Shown here: in pieces, positions 40,393 to 51,655 of the stretch
How positions within the stretch are numbered: the stretch's first letter is position 1
How the letters are laid out: each line of letters starts with the position of its first letter
IMG/VR virus record: IMGVR_UViG_3300025030_000097
Span: 294 to 64,293 of that record
From: a virus
Taxonomy: Duplodnaviria; Caudoviricetes
Length of the DNA: 64,000 nucleotides
Strand: one strand, 5' to 3'
Made by a program: the position numbers and the translations under genes
Notes under the pieces: generated by a model
What the model saw: the letters and a program-made list of their open reading frames with translations, nothing else
Told to the model about the DNA's origin: nothing
The model's database searches: none

Positions 40393-41340
40393 TTGCGAGT
40401 TATGGAAGTCCTAGAAATATTAGACAGCAGAGGCATCCCCTACGTTCCTAGAGGAGACAACGAATACGCTATAGTATGCCTCAACGCAGAAAATCACCAA
40501 GGAGGTTTTGATAGTAAGCCTAGCCTTAACATCAACGTAGAGAAACTTCAAGCCTTCTGTTTTAGCTGCGGATTCTCAATGTCAGAAACAGGGTTGACTC
40601 GCTGGCTTATTGGAGGGGAGTTAGAAGATTTATCCTTACAGACTATGGCTTTAAGGGCTAAGATAAATCGCCTGAAGTTGGAAGAGACTAAAGACCTTTC
40701 AGAAGCTAGGCAGATATTCATTCCACCTGGGGAGCCTTGGCAAGAGGATGGTTATAGGGGAATCAGTTTAGACACCTACCAAAAACTTGGGGCTATAAAC
40801 TGTACAAGAGGTTTTTATAGTGACCGGATAGTGTTTCCTGTTTATTTACGTGGAGAATTAATTGGAGTGGATGCTAGGGCGCTGCTGGAAGGGATGCAGC
40901 CTAAGTACCAGAGAAATAAAGGATCGCTAGTAAAATCTACTTGGCTGTATCCTTACGACTTGATTTGTGAGAATAAGCCTGAGTATGTAATTCTTTGTGA
41001 AGGAATATTCGACGCTATAAATTTAGTGGATAAGGGCTTTGACGGGCTATGTTTTTTCGGCACAAACAACTTCGGGTTAACTAAACTTAGGCTCTTACTA
41101 GCTACTGGTTGCAGTGAGGTCATATTATTTTTAGATAAAGACGAGGCTGGTCAGGAAGCGCAGAAACGGATAGGTAGTATGTTGAGTGATTGGTTACAGG
41201 TTACTGAGGCTTATACAGATCACCTGAAAATAAAACCGATAGACTCTTTAGCGAAAGGAAAGTTAGTTTATCAGGACTGTGGCGAATTGACTAGAGAAGA
41301 GATTTTAGAGGCTGTAGAAAATAGAACTAAATTTAAGTAG
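40393..41340 (+). CDS. DNA primase (Zn finger + TOPRIM)
   Basis: C...H...PSL...CFSC, RIVFP, PKY, CEG.FDA, D.D.AG. Confidence 0.85.
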   Translation: MRVMEVLEILDSRGIPYVPRGDNEYAIVCLNAENHQGGFDSKPSLNINVEKLQAFCFSCGFSMSETGLTRWLIGGELEDLSLQTMALRAKINRLKLEETKDLSEARQIFIPPGEPWQEDGYRGISLDTYQKLGAINCTRGFYSDRIVFPVYLRGELIGVDARALLEGMQPKYQRNKGSLVKSTWLYPYDLICENKPEYVILCEGIFDAINLVDKGFDGLCFFGTNNFGLTKLRLLLATGCSEVILFLDKDEAGQEAQKRIGSMLSDWLQVTEAYTDHLKIKPIDSLAKGKLVYQDCGELTREEILEAVENRTKFK

Positions 41341-41424
41341 TTAAGGTATCTGAGAATTAAACTATAAGGAGGTACAGAATGAAGATGCAGCAAAATAGGT
41401 ATTTACCAATTTCTAGGAGCATCA

Positions 41425-42135
41425 ATGGCATTAACGGAACAAGAAACGAGACAAGAGGCGGAAAAGTTCTTGGCTTGGCTACGACGCAAATATCCGGCGC
41501 ATGGGGTACAGGTAAGGGTGATGTACATAAACAAACCAGAGCTACAGCCAAAAGTGGAGGCGATGGTTTACCAGTACGGAAACGTTTTTAAGGTCCACGT
41601 AGCTACTAGAAGAGACTTTAAGTTTGTGCTACGTGGTATTGCACATGAATTTGAGCACGTTAGGCAGGTTGTAAATGAAGGGATACCTATAAATAGAATT
41701 AGGGTTAATCAAGAGAAGGCGGCTTGGTTCTTTGCACTACAAGCCCTCAGAGAGTACAAGAAAGAAGATCCTAAAAGATGGACTAGAATTACTGGTGAGG
41801 AAATTACTTAAAGGATAAAAGGAGAGTGAGATATGGGAAAGAATTATTGGGCGGTTGGGACTAGTATGCCGGGCGGGAGTTGGCTCTTTGAGGGCATCTT
41901 TTCAAGTGAACAGAAGGCAGTGGAGGCTATTAAAGATACCGCCGCTAGTCCTTACTGCGACGATACGCTAAGTGCAGAGGATATGTTTGTGATGTATCCT
42001 GTTGAGATAGATAGTATGTCGCAAGGGTACGATATTTATTACGCTGATGTTTTGTATAGACCTTTGAAGGAGACTATGGAAGAAGGACTTGAAAAACTGA
42101 TGGAGTATAAGAAATCTGTGGACGAGGCTTACTAA
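41425..42135 (+). CDS. HExxH protein (41425-41811) and hypothetical protein (41833-42135)
   Basis: IAHEFEH.RQ...E..A. Confidence 0.6.
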
Positions 42136-42164
42136 CTAGTGTCTAAATAAAAAGTGAAATAGCT

Positions 42165-42196
42165 GTAATAAATTTAGTCGTTCGAGTGTATATAAT
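42165..42196 (+). promoter_or_regulatory. GTRATAA-N16-GTATATAAT putative promoter
   Basis: GTAATAAATTTAGTCGTTCGAGTGTATATAAT. Confidence 0.7.
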
Positions 42197-42238
42197 AGTG
42201 TAAGAAGTACAAAACTATTAAGAACACGGAGACGACTA

Positions 42239-42463
42239 ATGAAACTTATAACAACAGGCGACATTGAAAAGAAATTCGGTATTTCCAAGTTTAGGGTAAA
42301 AGATCTTGCCAAACGAGGTCTGCTGAAGTGTGTTAAGACTGCCGGAAACCAGTACAGATTTAGAGAAGAAGATGTAGATAAGTACTTTGCAGAGTGGCTT
42401 AGTACTTTGGACGAAAGTTCTGCTGAAGCTACTTTGAGTGAGAAAGTAGAGGAGCAGGGCTAG
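42239..42463 (+). CDS. MerR/excisionase-like HTH protein
   Basis: LITTGDI...GIS...V......G.L....T.G.QYRF.EEDV. Confidence 0.75.
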   Translation: MKLITTGDIEKKFGISKFRVKDLAKRGLLKCVKTAGNQYRFREEDVDKYFAEWLSTLDESSAEATLSEKVEEQG

Positions 42464-43351
42464 ATGATTTTGGATGAGTGGGTTGATACACGTTGGCATC
42501 TGAACACCAAAGCGTACTATATCAATTTGGGGTATGAGTTCACTGAGATACATGAACCTTTAAAAGTACGCACAAAACATCTTAAGCCTGGGTCTGCGGT
42601 TATAGTTACTGTTCAGTGCTATGTGTGCGGAGAAATTATTAAAGTACCTATGTACGACTATACCAACATAACTAAAAGGCAAACTATTGGTTACAAATGT
42701 AGAAAATGTGTTAGAGGCGATTTCGAAAAAATACACTCTGAATTTATAATCAAGGGTCTTACCCCTTTATTCACTGAATACATAAATTGCGTAGCACCTC
42801 TAGAATATATCTGCCAAAAGCATCCAGAAAAAGTGCAGAGAACCCGCTATTTAAGTTTTTCTCGTGGGCGGAGCTGTAAATTGTGCAGGGAGCAGTCCCG
42901 CGCCACTCCTGTCGTGAGGACATTAGGGCGCACCAGTCTAGCTGTCATTACTAGTAAATTAAGATACCAATTATCACCTTGGGTGCTGTCTGCGCTAAAA
43001 GAGAGTAATTTTACATGTAGTCTGACTGGTGTGCGGGGTGTACCTTTAGAAGTGCATCACGAAAGATCTTTTGCTTCTATACGGGACGAGGCATTGAGAT
43101 TGACAAATCTTAGAAGAGATGCAACAAGAAATGAGTTATCAGAAGAACAGTTTGAAGAATTGGTGAAAGTATTTCACATACTACATGACCAATATACGCC
43201 TAAAGTTATGCAAAAGCATTTACACAAATTATTTCATAAGTATTATGGCAAGATTAACAACACACCAGATCAATTTGATGAGTTCAAATCACAATTCCAG
43301 AAAGGCTGGATAATTTTTAAACCAAATGAAAAGGAGATAATAATTGAATGA
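42464..43351 (+). mobile_element. HNH homing endonuclease with Zn ribbons
   Basis: FTC.LTG....LEVHH...H..FH..YG..NN...QF.EF. Confidence 0.75.
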
Positions 43352-45888
43352 TTAGCCCTAGATATTCCAAGACGGGTAAATGCTTGGTGTTACTTGATAA
43401 TGCTACTCCTGAGTGGGTTAAGGAGGGTAGAGTAACACCAAGCGGGCTACAAAAACTAGTAGGGTATTTTATGCGAAATGGAATATCTTTGGATGATGTT
43501 ACTTTCGCCTGTCTTACCGACACAGTAGATAAACCTAAGAGTGCAGACTACAAGATTAAACATGAATTAATAAAAGAGATGATAGAAGTATCTGCCCCAA
43601 ATCTTATAGTCACTGTAGGTGCTCAGGTGTTTGAAAAAGTCTCTATGAAAAAAGGAGTATCTAAGTATTACAAACGACCTATAAAAGCAGCTCTGTATGG
43701 TGATTATAAATGCCTTGCTTTACCAAACCCACAAGCTGCTACCTATGATCCTGACATTGTAAGTATCATTGAAGATTCCATTTCTATGATTAAAACAGAA
43801 ATGGAATTTCCAGAGATAGTAGAGAAGGAGAAGATAGAGACTAATTACCACATTATTAATTCGATTAGTAAGTTTGATAAATGGCTAGAGTATTACAAAA
43901 GTTCCGCTGTTCCAGCCTTCTCTTTTGATACTGAAACTTCGAGTTTCGACTGGTGCAAGGGTCAGCTTCTAATGATGACATTTTCTCATAGAGAGGGTGC
44001 CAGCTATCTCATTCCAAGTACCTTCTATGGACACTGGACTCCTGAAGAATGGGATCATATTAAAAATGGTCTTATAGAACTCTTCTCTGATGAAAAAAAA
44101 TTGTGGATAGTATGGAATGGTAAATTTGATTTTCACTGGATGCATAGACATGTAGGCGTCCCGATAAAACGATATGGAATCTTTGATGGGTGTATCGCAT
44201 CGTTCTGCATTAATGAGACGGTTTCGCATGGACTCAAAGACAACTCAGCTAAGTACACAGATTTGGGTAACTATGATGACTTCCTAGAAGAAGAAAAGGC
44301 TAAATATTGTAAAGAGCGTAAGATTAAAATGAAGGACTTTTCGTACTCCTATCTAGACTTTGACACATTAGCTCACTATGCCTTACAAGATAGTGATGCT
44401 ACGTTTAGGCTATGGAAAGTTCTTGAACCAAAACTTAAAGAAGAGGAACAAGAAGAAGTCTTTAAGATTATGATGGATAATTCTTGGATGCTGTTTCACA
44501 TTGAGGAAGCGGGTTGGAAGGTAGACCTAGAGTACTGTAAAAAGTATCATGCAGAACTTACTGAAGAAATAAATATCCTAGAATTAGAATTGGCCTCTGA
44601 CAAAATGATTAAGAGGGCAGAGGAACTTATATCCTCTAGGGAACTTATTAAGGTAAATGCTAAACGAAAGACTAAGCTAAAGTCTCTGCCTCAGCCTATT
44701 ACGTTTAACTTTAACTCCATAGCTCACAAAAAGGTTTTATGTTTTGAGGTACTAAAGCTGCCAATTATTAAGTACGTTAAAAACAAAGATAGAAAGAGTA
44801 AGGAGAAAAATCCAGCCCTAGACAAAGAAGTAATTAAGGCGTGGTGCAAGGACCATGATATTCCAGTGCTACAAAAGTTTGCTAGGTACCAAGAGATAGT
44901 TAAAGCCAGATCGACATACGTAGAAGCGGTTATGGCTAAGGAATATAAAGGCAGAGTTCATGCCACCTTTAACTTGACTTCAGCAAAGACTGGTAGACTC
45001 TCTAGCTCAGGTGGACTTAATATGCAGAATATAAGTACGCATGGTAAAGAGGGTAAGAAAATAAAACGTATGTTTATAGTAGAAGATGGGTGCATCGGAT
45101 TTTGCTCGGATTTAGCTGCCGCGGAGGTCAGAGCTGCAACGCTAATGAGTAATGATACTAAGATGATTGATATTTTTAATAATACAGGTGGATTTGTTCA
45201 TGAGGCCGTTGCTAAAGCTATCTTTAACTTAGATGTGGCTCTAGAGGATATCAAAGAGTTATATCCCAAAGAACGACAGATAGCTAAATCTATTAGCTTC
45301 CTACTATTATATGGGGGGTCTAGTTCAGCCCTTGCAAACGCCACCGGAATTACTAGAGAACGTGCAGAAGAGATTATTCAAGATTACTTTGACACATACA
45401 CCGGAATAAGTGATTGGATTAAGACTACCCACGAATTCATTAGGCAGAATGGTTATTCAGTATCTCTGTTAGGTAGAAAGCGTAGAGTTCCTGGAGTTTT
45501 TTCTGAGGATGGTTTTGTAGTAGAACGCGCTCTGCGTATGGGACTCAATGCTATAGTTCAATCCTTCGGTGCAGATTGCCTGAATATTTCTAGTTGTAAT
45601 ATTCTTGCAGAAATACTTGATAGGAAACTTCCCTTCAAACTTATCTCTACAGTACATGACTGCATCTATTTAGAGATTCCAGAAGATATGGTTGAGGAGG
45701 CTAAAGAACTTGTTGAAAGGCATCTTAGTAAATTCCCAGTTGAGAACGCTCCGATAGAATTAGTAGGTGATACTGAGGTAGGTTATTCATGGGATACTTT
45801 TACAAATGTGGACGACTTCTTAGAAGAACTTAGAAACACCGTTGATGAGGCTGACGAAGAAAATTCAGAAGAGGAGGAAGAAGAATGA
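43348..45888 (+). CDS. polA: Family A DNA polymerase with N-terminal UDG-like and 3'-5' exonuclease domains
   Basis: FDTET, NGKFD, YA..D, TGRLSS...N.QN, D....EVR, R..AK..F...YG, HD. Confidence 0.92.
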   Translation: MISPRYSKTGKCLVLLDNATPEWVKEGRVTPSGLQKLVGYFMRNGISLDDVTFACLTDTVDKPKSADYKIKHELIKEMIEVSAPNLIVTVGAQVFEKVSMKKGVSKYYKRPIKAALYGDYKCLALPNPQAATYDPDIVSIIEDSISMIKTEMEFPEIVEKEKIETNYHIINSISKFDKWLEYYKSSAVPAFSFDTETSSFDWCKGQLLMMTFSHREGASYLIPSTFYGHWTPEEWDHIKNGLIELFSDEKKLWIVWNGKFDFHWMHRHVGVPIKRYGIFDGCIASFCINETVSHGLKDNSAKYTDLGNYDDFLEEEKAKYCKERKIKMKDFSYSYLDFDTLAHYALQDSDATFRLWKVLEPKLKEEEQEEVFKIMMDNSWMLFHIEEAGWKVDLEYCKKYHAELTEEINILELELASDKMIKRAEELISSRELIKVNAKRKTKLKSLPQPITFNFNSIAHKKVLCFEVLKLPIIKYVKNKDRKSKEKNPALDKEVIKAWCKDHDIPVLQKFARYQEIVKARSTYVEAVMAKEYKGRVHATFNLTSAKTGRLSSSGGLNMQNISTHGKEGKKIKRMFIVEDGCIGFCSDLAAAEVRAATLMSNDTKMIDIFNNTGGFVHEAVAKAIFNLDVALEDIKELYPKERQIAKSISFLLLYGGSSSALANATGITRERAEEIIQDYFDTYTGISDWIKTTHEFIRQNGYSVSLLGRKRRVPGVFSEDGFVVERALRMGLNAIVQSFGADCLNISSCNILAEILDRKLPFKLISTVHDCIYLEIPEDMVEEAKELVERHLSKFPVENAPIELVGDTEVGYSWDTFTNVDDFLEELRNTVDEADEENSEEEEEE

Positions 45889-47007
45889 TATTTTGTAAAG
45901 ATTGTAAGTGGTTATCTAACCGTTGGCCTTATCCCTATGTAAAACGTATATTCGTAGATCCAAATTACGACCCTGCATCAAACCTAAAGCCAGAATACGT
46001 AGAATCACCCGCATGTCAACATAGTCAGTGTCTCGAAACATCCACCGAAATAACCCCCATAGATAAATTAGTTACCAAAGTCAGAATCAAAGGGCAAGCG
46101 CAACTTAATAGGCACAACAACTGTATATTCTTTGAAGAGAAGCCTAAGACTGAACTTGAAAAAGTTCTTGATTCTATCGACGCTGTATTGGCTGAGAAAC
46201 AAAAACCAACTCCGTGGTATAAATTCTGGCTCTAGTAAATCTATTCAATATCTATCCAAAAGGTGGTGATAAAGTGTCAACAGTAGTACGGTGTGATAAG
46301 GAACGTTGTAAATATAATGACGAAGGGGAATGTGTGGCTCAGGTTATTGAACTAGACGAGGAGGGAACTTGCCTTGATTTCGAGAAATTTATCAGATAGC
46401 CGGGGTTCTTTTTTAAGGTCTGACACTAAATGCTGGATTAGCTCTAGTCTATTTTTCATGTGTATTGAAAAGCTTGGCCTAAACGAAAAGATATACTATA
46501 TTCCAGCAGGTATTGAGTGTACTAACGAAGAGCTAGTCTTCTACGTTGACCATCTGTTCGACGAACTAGGTCACTTGGAAATGCGTAAGGGCTACTGGAC
46601 GGAAACTGAGAAGGATGCTAGGAATTACGTAACTAAGATTGGGTTTGCTTTGAGGGCTTGGGCGCGTGATGGTCATGGGATCAGGGTGGTTTGATGGAAA
46701 TACTGTGTGATTGTATTTATTGGATAACTACGATATTGCTATCTATGTTGCTGTTGCCATTGTTTGTGCCGGAGGTACTAAGATGGTTACGTTAAACAGA
46801 TACTGTATAGGATGCCGCCGCATAATCCAAGAAACTCAGGAAAGTCCCGTTCTAGTAATAGGACAGGCTACCGTAAAATGGAATAAAAAACAACATAAAC
46901 ACTCCGCTAAAACTGACGGGGAATACGACTGCTTCTGTGAAATCTGCGCGGCCAGAATGATGGAGCTTATTAAGGCTCAACGAGAAAAGGGAGTGAAGGT
47001 ACTATGA
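45885..47007 (+). CDS. Hypothetical Cys-rich proteins (45885-46235, 46374-46694, 46783-47007)
   Basis: CxxC motifs; 45885 resembles 49020. Confidence 0.55.
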
Positions 47008-47975
47008 CAAATGTGTTAGTCCTAGACGTACTTAACTGCGCGTTTACTTTGAAGCATGTTAAAGAGAAAGACCCCCTGTGGAGATTTATAACAGACATTA
47101 GAAACATTATGAGTGCCAACAAAATTCATAAATGTATTCTAGCAACTGATACAGGGCAGAGTCAGTACAGGCTATCAATGTATCCTCAATACAAAGAAAC
47201 AAGACGAGCTAGAAGGGCATCTGCGACAGAGGACGAGAAGAAGGATTTGCAGGAGTTCTTTGAGGTAGTTAATCAATTCAAAGAAATGGCTCCTCTGTTT
47301 GGTATGGACGTTGCTACTGTAGACAAAACTGAGGCAGATGATATTGTGGCTTATTATGCAATTAATTCTGAGGTTGGTAACTACAAGGCCCACATTCTAA
47401 GCTCAGATACCGATTTGCATCAGCTGCTCCGCCCTACAGTTGTTCAAAGGTCTTATGCAGAGAAAATGAAACTAGGTGATACTGACATTCCACCTCAGAT
47501 ATGGGTCACAGAAGAAAGGTTTAAAGAAGTATTTCAAATGACCCCCGCACAATACATGGAAGCTAAATCTATCTCGGGTGACACAGGCGATAGTATTTAT
47601 TCCCCTGAAGGTGTTGGGAAGGAGACTGGCTTTAAACTTATCAGGAAATATGGAAGCATCGCTGAGGTTGAAAAGAACGTAGATGAGCTGGAGATTCCTA
47701 GGTTCTCTTCAAAAGGCAGGGAAGCACTTAAAAAAGATTTCTGGATGGTTCACCGGAATGTAGCACTGGTAAGCCTTCTCCACACACCTGAAACATTCCA
47801 GAAGATTTTCGGAGAGGGGTTATCTAAGCTAGAAGACATACTAGCTAGAGTAGATGAACCGCCAAAAGTTAATGAAGAAGCGTTGAAGGAATATTTGTTT
47901 GCAACTGGTAGGGTTAATGTCTACTACGATTTCGACAATTGGGTAAGGCCCTTTAAAGGAGGTACTGATGCCTGA
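47004..47975 (+). CDS. 5'-3' exonuclease / flap endonuclease
   Basis: YR...YP.YK..R, EADD, SSDTDL.QL, GD.GD....GVG. Confidence 0.9.
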   Translation: MTNVLVLDVLNCAFTLKHVKEKDPLWRFITDIRNIMSANKIHKCILATDTGQSQYRLSMYPQYKETRRARRASATEDEKKDLQEFFEVVNQFKEMAPLFGMDVATVDKTEADDIVAYYAINSEVGNYKAHILSSDTDLHQLLRPTVVQRSYAEKMKLGDTDIPPQIWVTEERFKEVFQMTPAQYMEAKSISGDTGDSIYSPEGVGKETGFKLIRKYGSIAEVEKNVDELEIPRFSSKGREALKKDFWMVHRNVALVSLLHTPETFQKIFGEGLSKLEDILARVDEPPKVNEEALKEYLFATGRVNVYYDFDNWVRPFKGGTDA

Positions 47976-49226
47976 ATCCGAATCTAGAATAACAGATAAA
48001 CACGGAAGGGAGATAATGGTAGGAGATACCTTAAAACTATACCATTTCACCGGAGCTAGGCGTAAGAAGTATTTTATGTATAAATTTGTTATGGAGGAGG
48101 TGGGTGATAAGTTCTTTAGATTGTCACATCTAGATAGACACGGAGGAAGTTATTTCATGTCTATACTGGGCAAGCAACGTGACGACATAGAAATAGTTCA
48201 AGGCTTCGGTCCAGATGGTAAATCTTTTGATAGAAGACCTAAAAGGAGGGCACTAAATGCAACTAGTTATTGATTGGAATTACGACGAGTACGATTGTGA
48301 GGACTGTGGGATTACCAACTCTACCGGAGCCTATGCTACATTGGACGGAGAAATGGTTTTTAATAATCGAGCTTCAGCGAGTTGTTTTGGCGCTGTTTAC
48401 ATTACCAGAGAAGAAGTTTTGGAAGCTGTTTTGAAGAAGCTGGATGTAGAAATCATCGACAATTATTAGGAGGCCCGATGTTATTCGTCGGAGGAACACA
48501 AGACGGGAGAAACCATAAGGTATCTTCTAACGAAAGAATCTCGTTTCTTGTATCACCTATCTACCCAGTACATTTAGCAACTAGAGCCCAAATTGAAGAT
48601 ATGAGGTACCTCGGAGGGGTTAGAGAAACATACACCAGAAGAACTTACACCAACAACGAAAGAGACAGATCTTTTGTGGTAATGGCTTTGGAGTCTATGT
48701 CCGGTGACGAGGTTATGCACAGGCTTGCTACAGGGTACTATGAAAATAACCCTCTCAAATGGGCAAATAAAACTTAACAAAATGAGGAGGTACTAAAGTG
48801 AACTGGCAAACTAGAGTGCTGGGAGATGATAAAATAAAATTGGAGGGATCTTCTTACGATGGAGCTGGGGCCGTGATCTACACCAAAGCAGATAAAACGT
48901 GTGATCTCTTTGAAATACCTCAGTATGGTACAGCAGAAATCTTCTACGGTAACTATCAATACCTTGTAGAAGCTGTGCAAGCAGCTGAATCTTGGACGTA
49001 AAAATTAAGAGGATCCTCAATGAAAAAACTTATATGCAAGAGGTGCAGTTGGTATTCCTGTACTGAGTACTCGCTCAGAGGTCATTGTATGCACCCTAGT
49101 TGCTTTGATGCAACAGGCTACGATCCAGTAACAGGTAAAGAAATACTAAAAAGATTTAGTAACTACGAGAACAAAAATTTAAACCTGGACTGTCCTGATT
49201 TTAAGAAAAAGTGGTTCTTGGTCTAA
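47968..49226 (+). CDS. Small hypothetical proteins (47968-48273 YopX-like, 48257-48469, 48478-48777, 48798-49001, 49020-49226)
   Basis: DKHGREI.VGD in the first; SDs present. Confidence 0.55.
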
Positions 49227-49234
49227 AATAAAGC

Positions 49235-49263
49235 TTGACAAACTACCGACCATGTGATATACT
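49235..49263 (+). promoter_or_regulatory. Strong sigma70-type promoter
   Basis: TTGACA-17-TATACT with extended TG; AAAGCTTGACA context shared with the 34.6 kb promoter. Confidence 0.85.
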
Positions 49264-49393
49264 GGGTCTTCAAATTGAGAAAAGGAGGTGATGCTCGTTG
49301 CTTGCTTGTTACCTGTTTAAACTCTAACTAGAAACTACTCTAACTTAACACTCAAAACTAACTCAAAACATTACTCTAAGGAGAATCACTCAA

Positions 49394-50266
49394 ATGGCTA
49401 AAACTACTAATGACAAAATTACCGCTGCATACGAAGAAATGATGAACCTGCTTTCCCCCGAAGAGCGTGCTGCGCTTAAGCAGATGACTGGTCAGGACCA
49501 AGGAGGCGGTGGTAGCAAAACTCCTATCGTTAAAATCAATTACAGGGAGAAGACTGCACAGGATGGTACAAAGATCGCTAAAGGCAACTTCTGTGTTGGT
49601 CAGAAAAATGCTACTGTAGACGGTAAGACTGTCATGCTCACGGCTGGTACTGACTTGGGTTCTGAACTCACTGCCGTAATTCTCAAGAAAGGGCAGCAGT
49701 TCAGTTTCTGGGACAACGATGCTAAGAAACGTTGCAGCTCGCAGGTTATTTGTGAGCGCGGCGAAGTACCTACCGGGTATAATCTGAAAAATGTCTGCAA
49801 CGATAAAAGCTGCCCTCGCCGTAAAGACGGAATTGACAAAGGCGATAAATGCACCTGCCAGTACGTCGTATATCTTCGCCTTCCTGCTGGTACCAAACTG
49901 CCTGACGGGACGCCTTGCGAAGTTGCTATGATGTACATTAAGGGCAACTCTTACATGCCTTTCCAGACTTACATGGAAACTGAACTGAAGAGTATCCCTT
50001 CCATCGCTGTCAACACTGTTCTGTCTACTGAAGAGTGCGAGCAGGGAGCCACTCTGTTTTACGAACTGAAATTCGCCAAGGGCGCTCCGGTTACTAAGGA
50101 AGTGTTCACTGAGAATTTCCAGATGGTAAGCGGAATTAACAAGCAGCTCGTCGAATACAAAGAAGAGCAAGCTAAAAAGATGCTGGAAGGTCCTAAAGAT
50201 TCTTCTGGCGGTAGTTCTTACGGCAATGCTACTGTTGTTAATGACGACTCAGAAATCGCTTGGTAA
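49394..50266 (+). CDS. Probable single-stranded DNA-binding / recombination protein
   Basis: Acidic-aromatic C-terminus (DDSEIAW); own promoter and terminator; lies before SbcCD. Confidence 0.55.
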   Translation: MAKTTNDKITAAYEEMMNLLSPEERAALKQMTGQDQGGGGSKTPIVKINYREKTAQDGTKIAKGNFCVGQKNATVDGKTVMLTAGTDLGSELTAVILKKGQQFSFWDNDAKKRCSSQVICERGEVPTGYNLKNVCNDKSCPRRKDGIDKGDKCTCQYVVYLRLPAGTKLPDGTPCEVAMMYIKGNSYMPFQTYMETELKSIPSIAVNTVLSTEECEQGATLFYELKFAKGAPVTKEVFTENFQMVSGINKQLVEYKEEQAKKMLEGPKDSSGGSSYGNATVVNDDSEIAW

Positions 50267-50276
50267 ACAAGTAATT

Positions 50277-50290
50277 TAGGTAATTACCTA
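50277..50290. repeat. Palindrome copy 11 (TAGGTAATTACCTA)
   Basis: Immediately before a terminator hairpin. Confidence 0.95.
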
Positions 50291-50293
50291 TTT

Positions 50294-50320
50294 AGGAGGG
50301 TTTCGGCCCTCCTTACTTTT
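50294..50320 (+). terminator. Intrinsic terminator
   Basis: AGGAGGG-TTTCGG-CCCTCCT then TACTTTT. Confidence 0.75.
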
Positions 50321-50341
50321 AACTGATAAGGAGACTATAAA

Positions 50342-50671
50342 ATGTTTAGTGTGTTTAAGCAAAAGGCAGATAAGCAGTTTTTCAAAGCAATTTCTGGTAT
50401 CGAGAAATACGTAGCTAAATTTGAAGAAGCTGCTAAAGCTGCCGAGGAAGAGATTCAAACTCAAGAAGACAAGTTGGGTAAGCTTGTAGACCGCGCTGAC
50501 AAAGCTATTGAAGCGGCATACGAGATGTACCGCCAGATTGAAATTAAGACAATTGAGAAAGTTGACGAAGCGACGGCTAAAGCAGAAGCCCGTAAAGCAG
50601 AACTTCTGGATATCTCAAACAAGGCTAGAGTTGCTATTGCGAATCATAGGAAAATTTACCTGTCTAACTAA
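50342..50671 (+). CDS. Coiled-coil hypothetical protein
   Basis: Ala/Glu/Lys-rich heptads. Confidence 0.65.
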   Translation: MFSVFKQKADKQFFKAISGIEKYVAKFEEAAKAAEEEIQTQEDKLGKLVDRADKAIEAAYEMYRQIEIKTIEKVDEATAKAEARKAELLDISNKARVAIANHRKIYLSN

Positions 50672-50683
50672 CCGGATAACTAC

Positions 50684-51655
50684 ATGAATAGTAAATTCTT
50701 AGCTGTAGCAGATTGTCATTTCAAGTTTATCAACGGGGTAAACAAGACGTGGCAGCGAGCCAGATACAAAAAATTCATAGATGATATAGTTGCTAAGTGT
50801 GTCGAAGAAGGCTTTATTCTCATAATTGCCGGAGACACATTTGAGTCAATAAACCCTAAGAGAGATGAGCTAAAGACTTTTCTGTACTTCTTACACTCCC
50901 TAGAAAAGAACAAGATAACGACTCTCTTAGTAAGTGGAAACCATGAGACGATTTCATCCGGCAGTAGTATTTTGGACTACTTAGAACTATCTAGGTTCTC
51001 TAACTTATACTACAGAAAAAATTACGTAGCAAATGACACTACATATCATCTGGTAAATCACGATAGCATCCATTCTTACAAGCCAACGCTGAATAAGCAC
51101 AACGTACTCATCTCACATTTCCGTTGTACAGTAAACAAATTTATAACCGAAGAAATTAACGTAGCTGAATTTACTAGCCCCTATGATCTTTGCATTGTAG
51201 GGGATATTCATTCTCCGTTTGATTTTGACAAGGTATGGTACTGTAACAATCCAATCAACAAAGAATTTGAAGCAGAACCTACTTGCGGTTATTTAGAGGT
51301 TAGAAGAAAACTTAGTGGATGGGACGTTCAACGAGTACCTACAGATTATCCTGCTTTGGTATTTAAGAAGTGCAACGCTAAGGAGTATGACACGTTAGAT
51401 ATTAAGGACACTGAAAACTTCTACAAAATAGAAGTGGCAGGTAGTCCTCAAGAATTAAGATTAGTACAACCTATTGCCAACTCCATTCTTCATAAAATTC
51501 CTTTGGTACCAGCTTCGCTAAAGGTCGAAGAGGGAGACTCCGAAATAGTTGGAAGCACTGGCGGAGAAGAAGGACTTATCAGCTACATGAAATCAATGAA
51601 ATATTCAGATCAACTTGTTTCGGACATGCTAACTGAATTGGGGAGGGAACTGTGA
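50684..51655 (+). CDS. SbcD/Mre11-like nuclease
   Basis: ADCH, AGD.F, GNHE, SH, GDIH. Confidence 0.88.
   Translation: MNSKFLAVADCHFKFINGVNKTWQRARYKKFIDDIVAKCVEEGFILIIAGDTFESINPKRDELKTFLYFLHSLEKNKITTLLVSGNHETISSGSSILDYLELSRFSNLYYRKNYVANDTTYHLVNHDSIHSYKPTLNKHNVLISHFRCTVNKFITEEINVAEFTSPYDLCIVGDIHSPFDFDKVWYCNNPINKEFEAEPTCGYLEVRRKLSGWDVQRVPTDYPALVFKKCNAKEYDTLDIKDTENFYKIEVAGSPQELRLVQPIANSILHKIPLVPASLKVEEGDSEIVGSTGGEEGLISYMKSMKYSDQLVSDMLTELGREL

Noticed and set aside
9414-43351. Group I introns or inteins hosting the endonucleases
   Set aside because: The endonuclease ORFs are intergenic, and the neighbouring gltX, helicase and polA are uninterrupted
6411-50170. Long antisense ORFs (e.g. 6411-6983, 7078-7704, 16158-16745, 17788-18366, 49376-50170)
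   Set aside because: They are shadows of well-supported + strand genes, with no motifs or SDs
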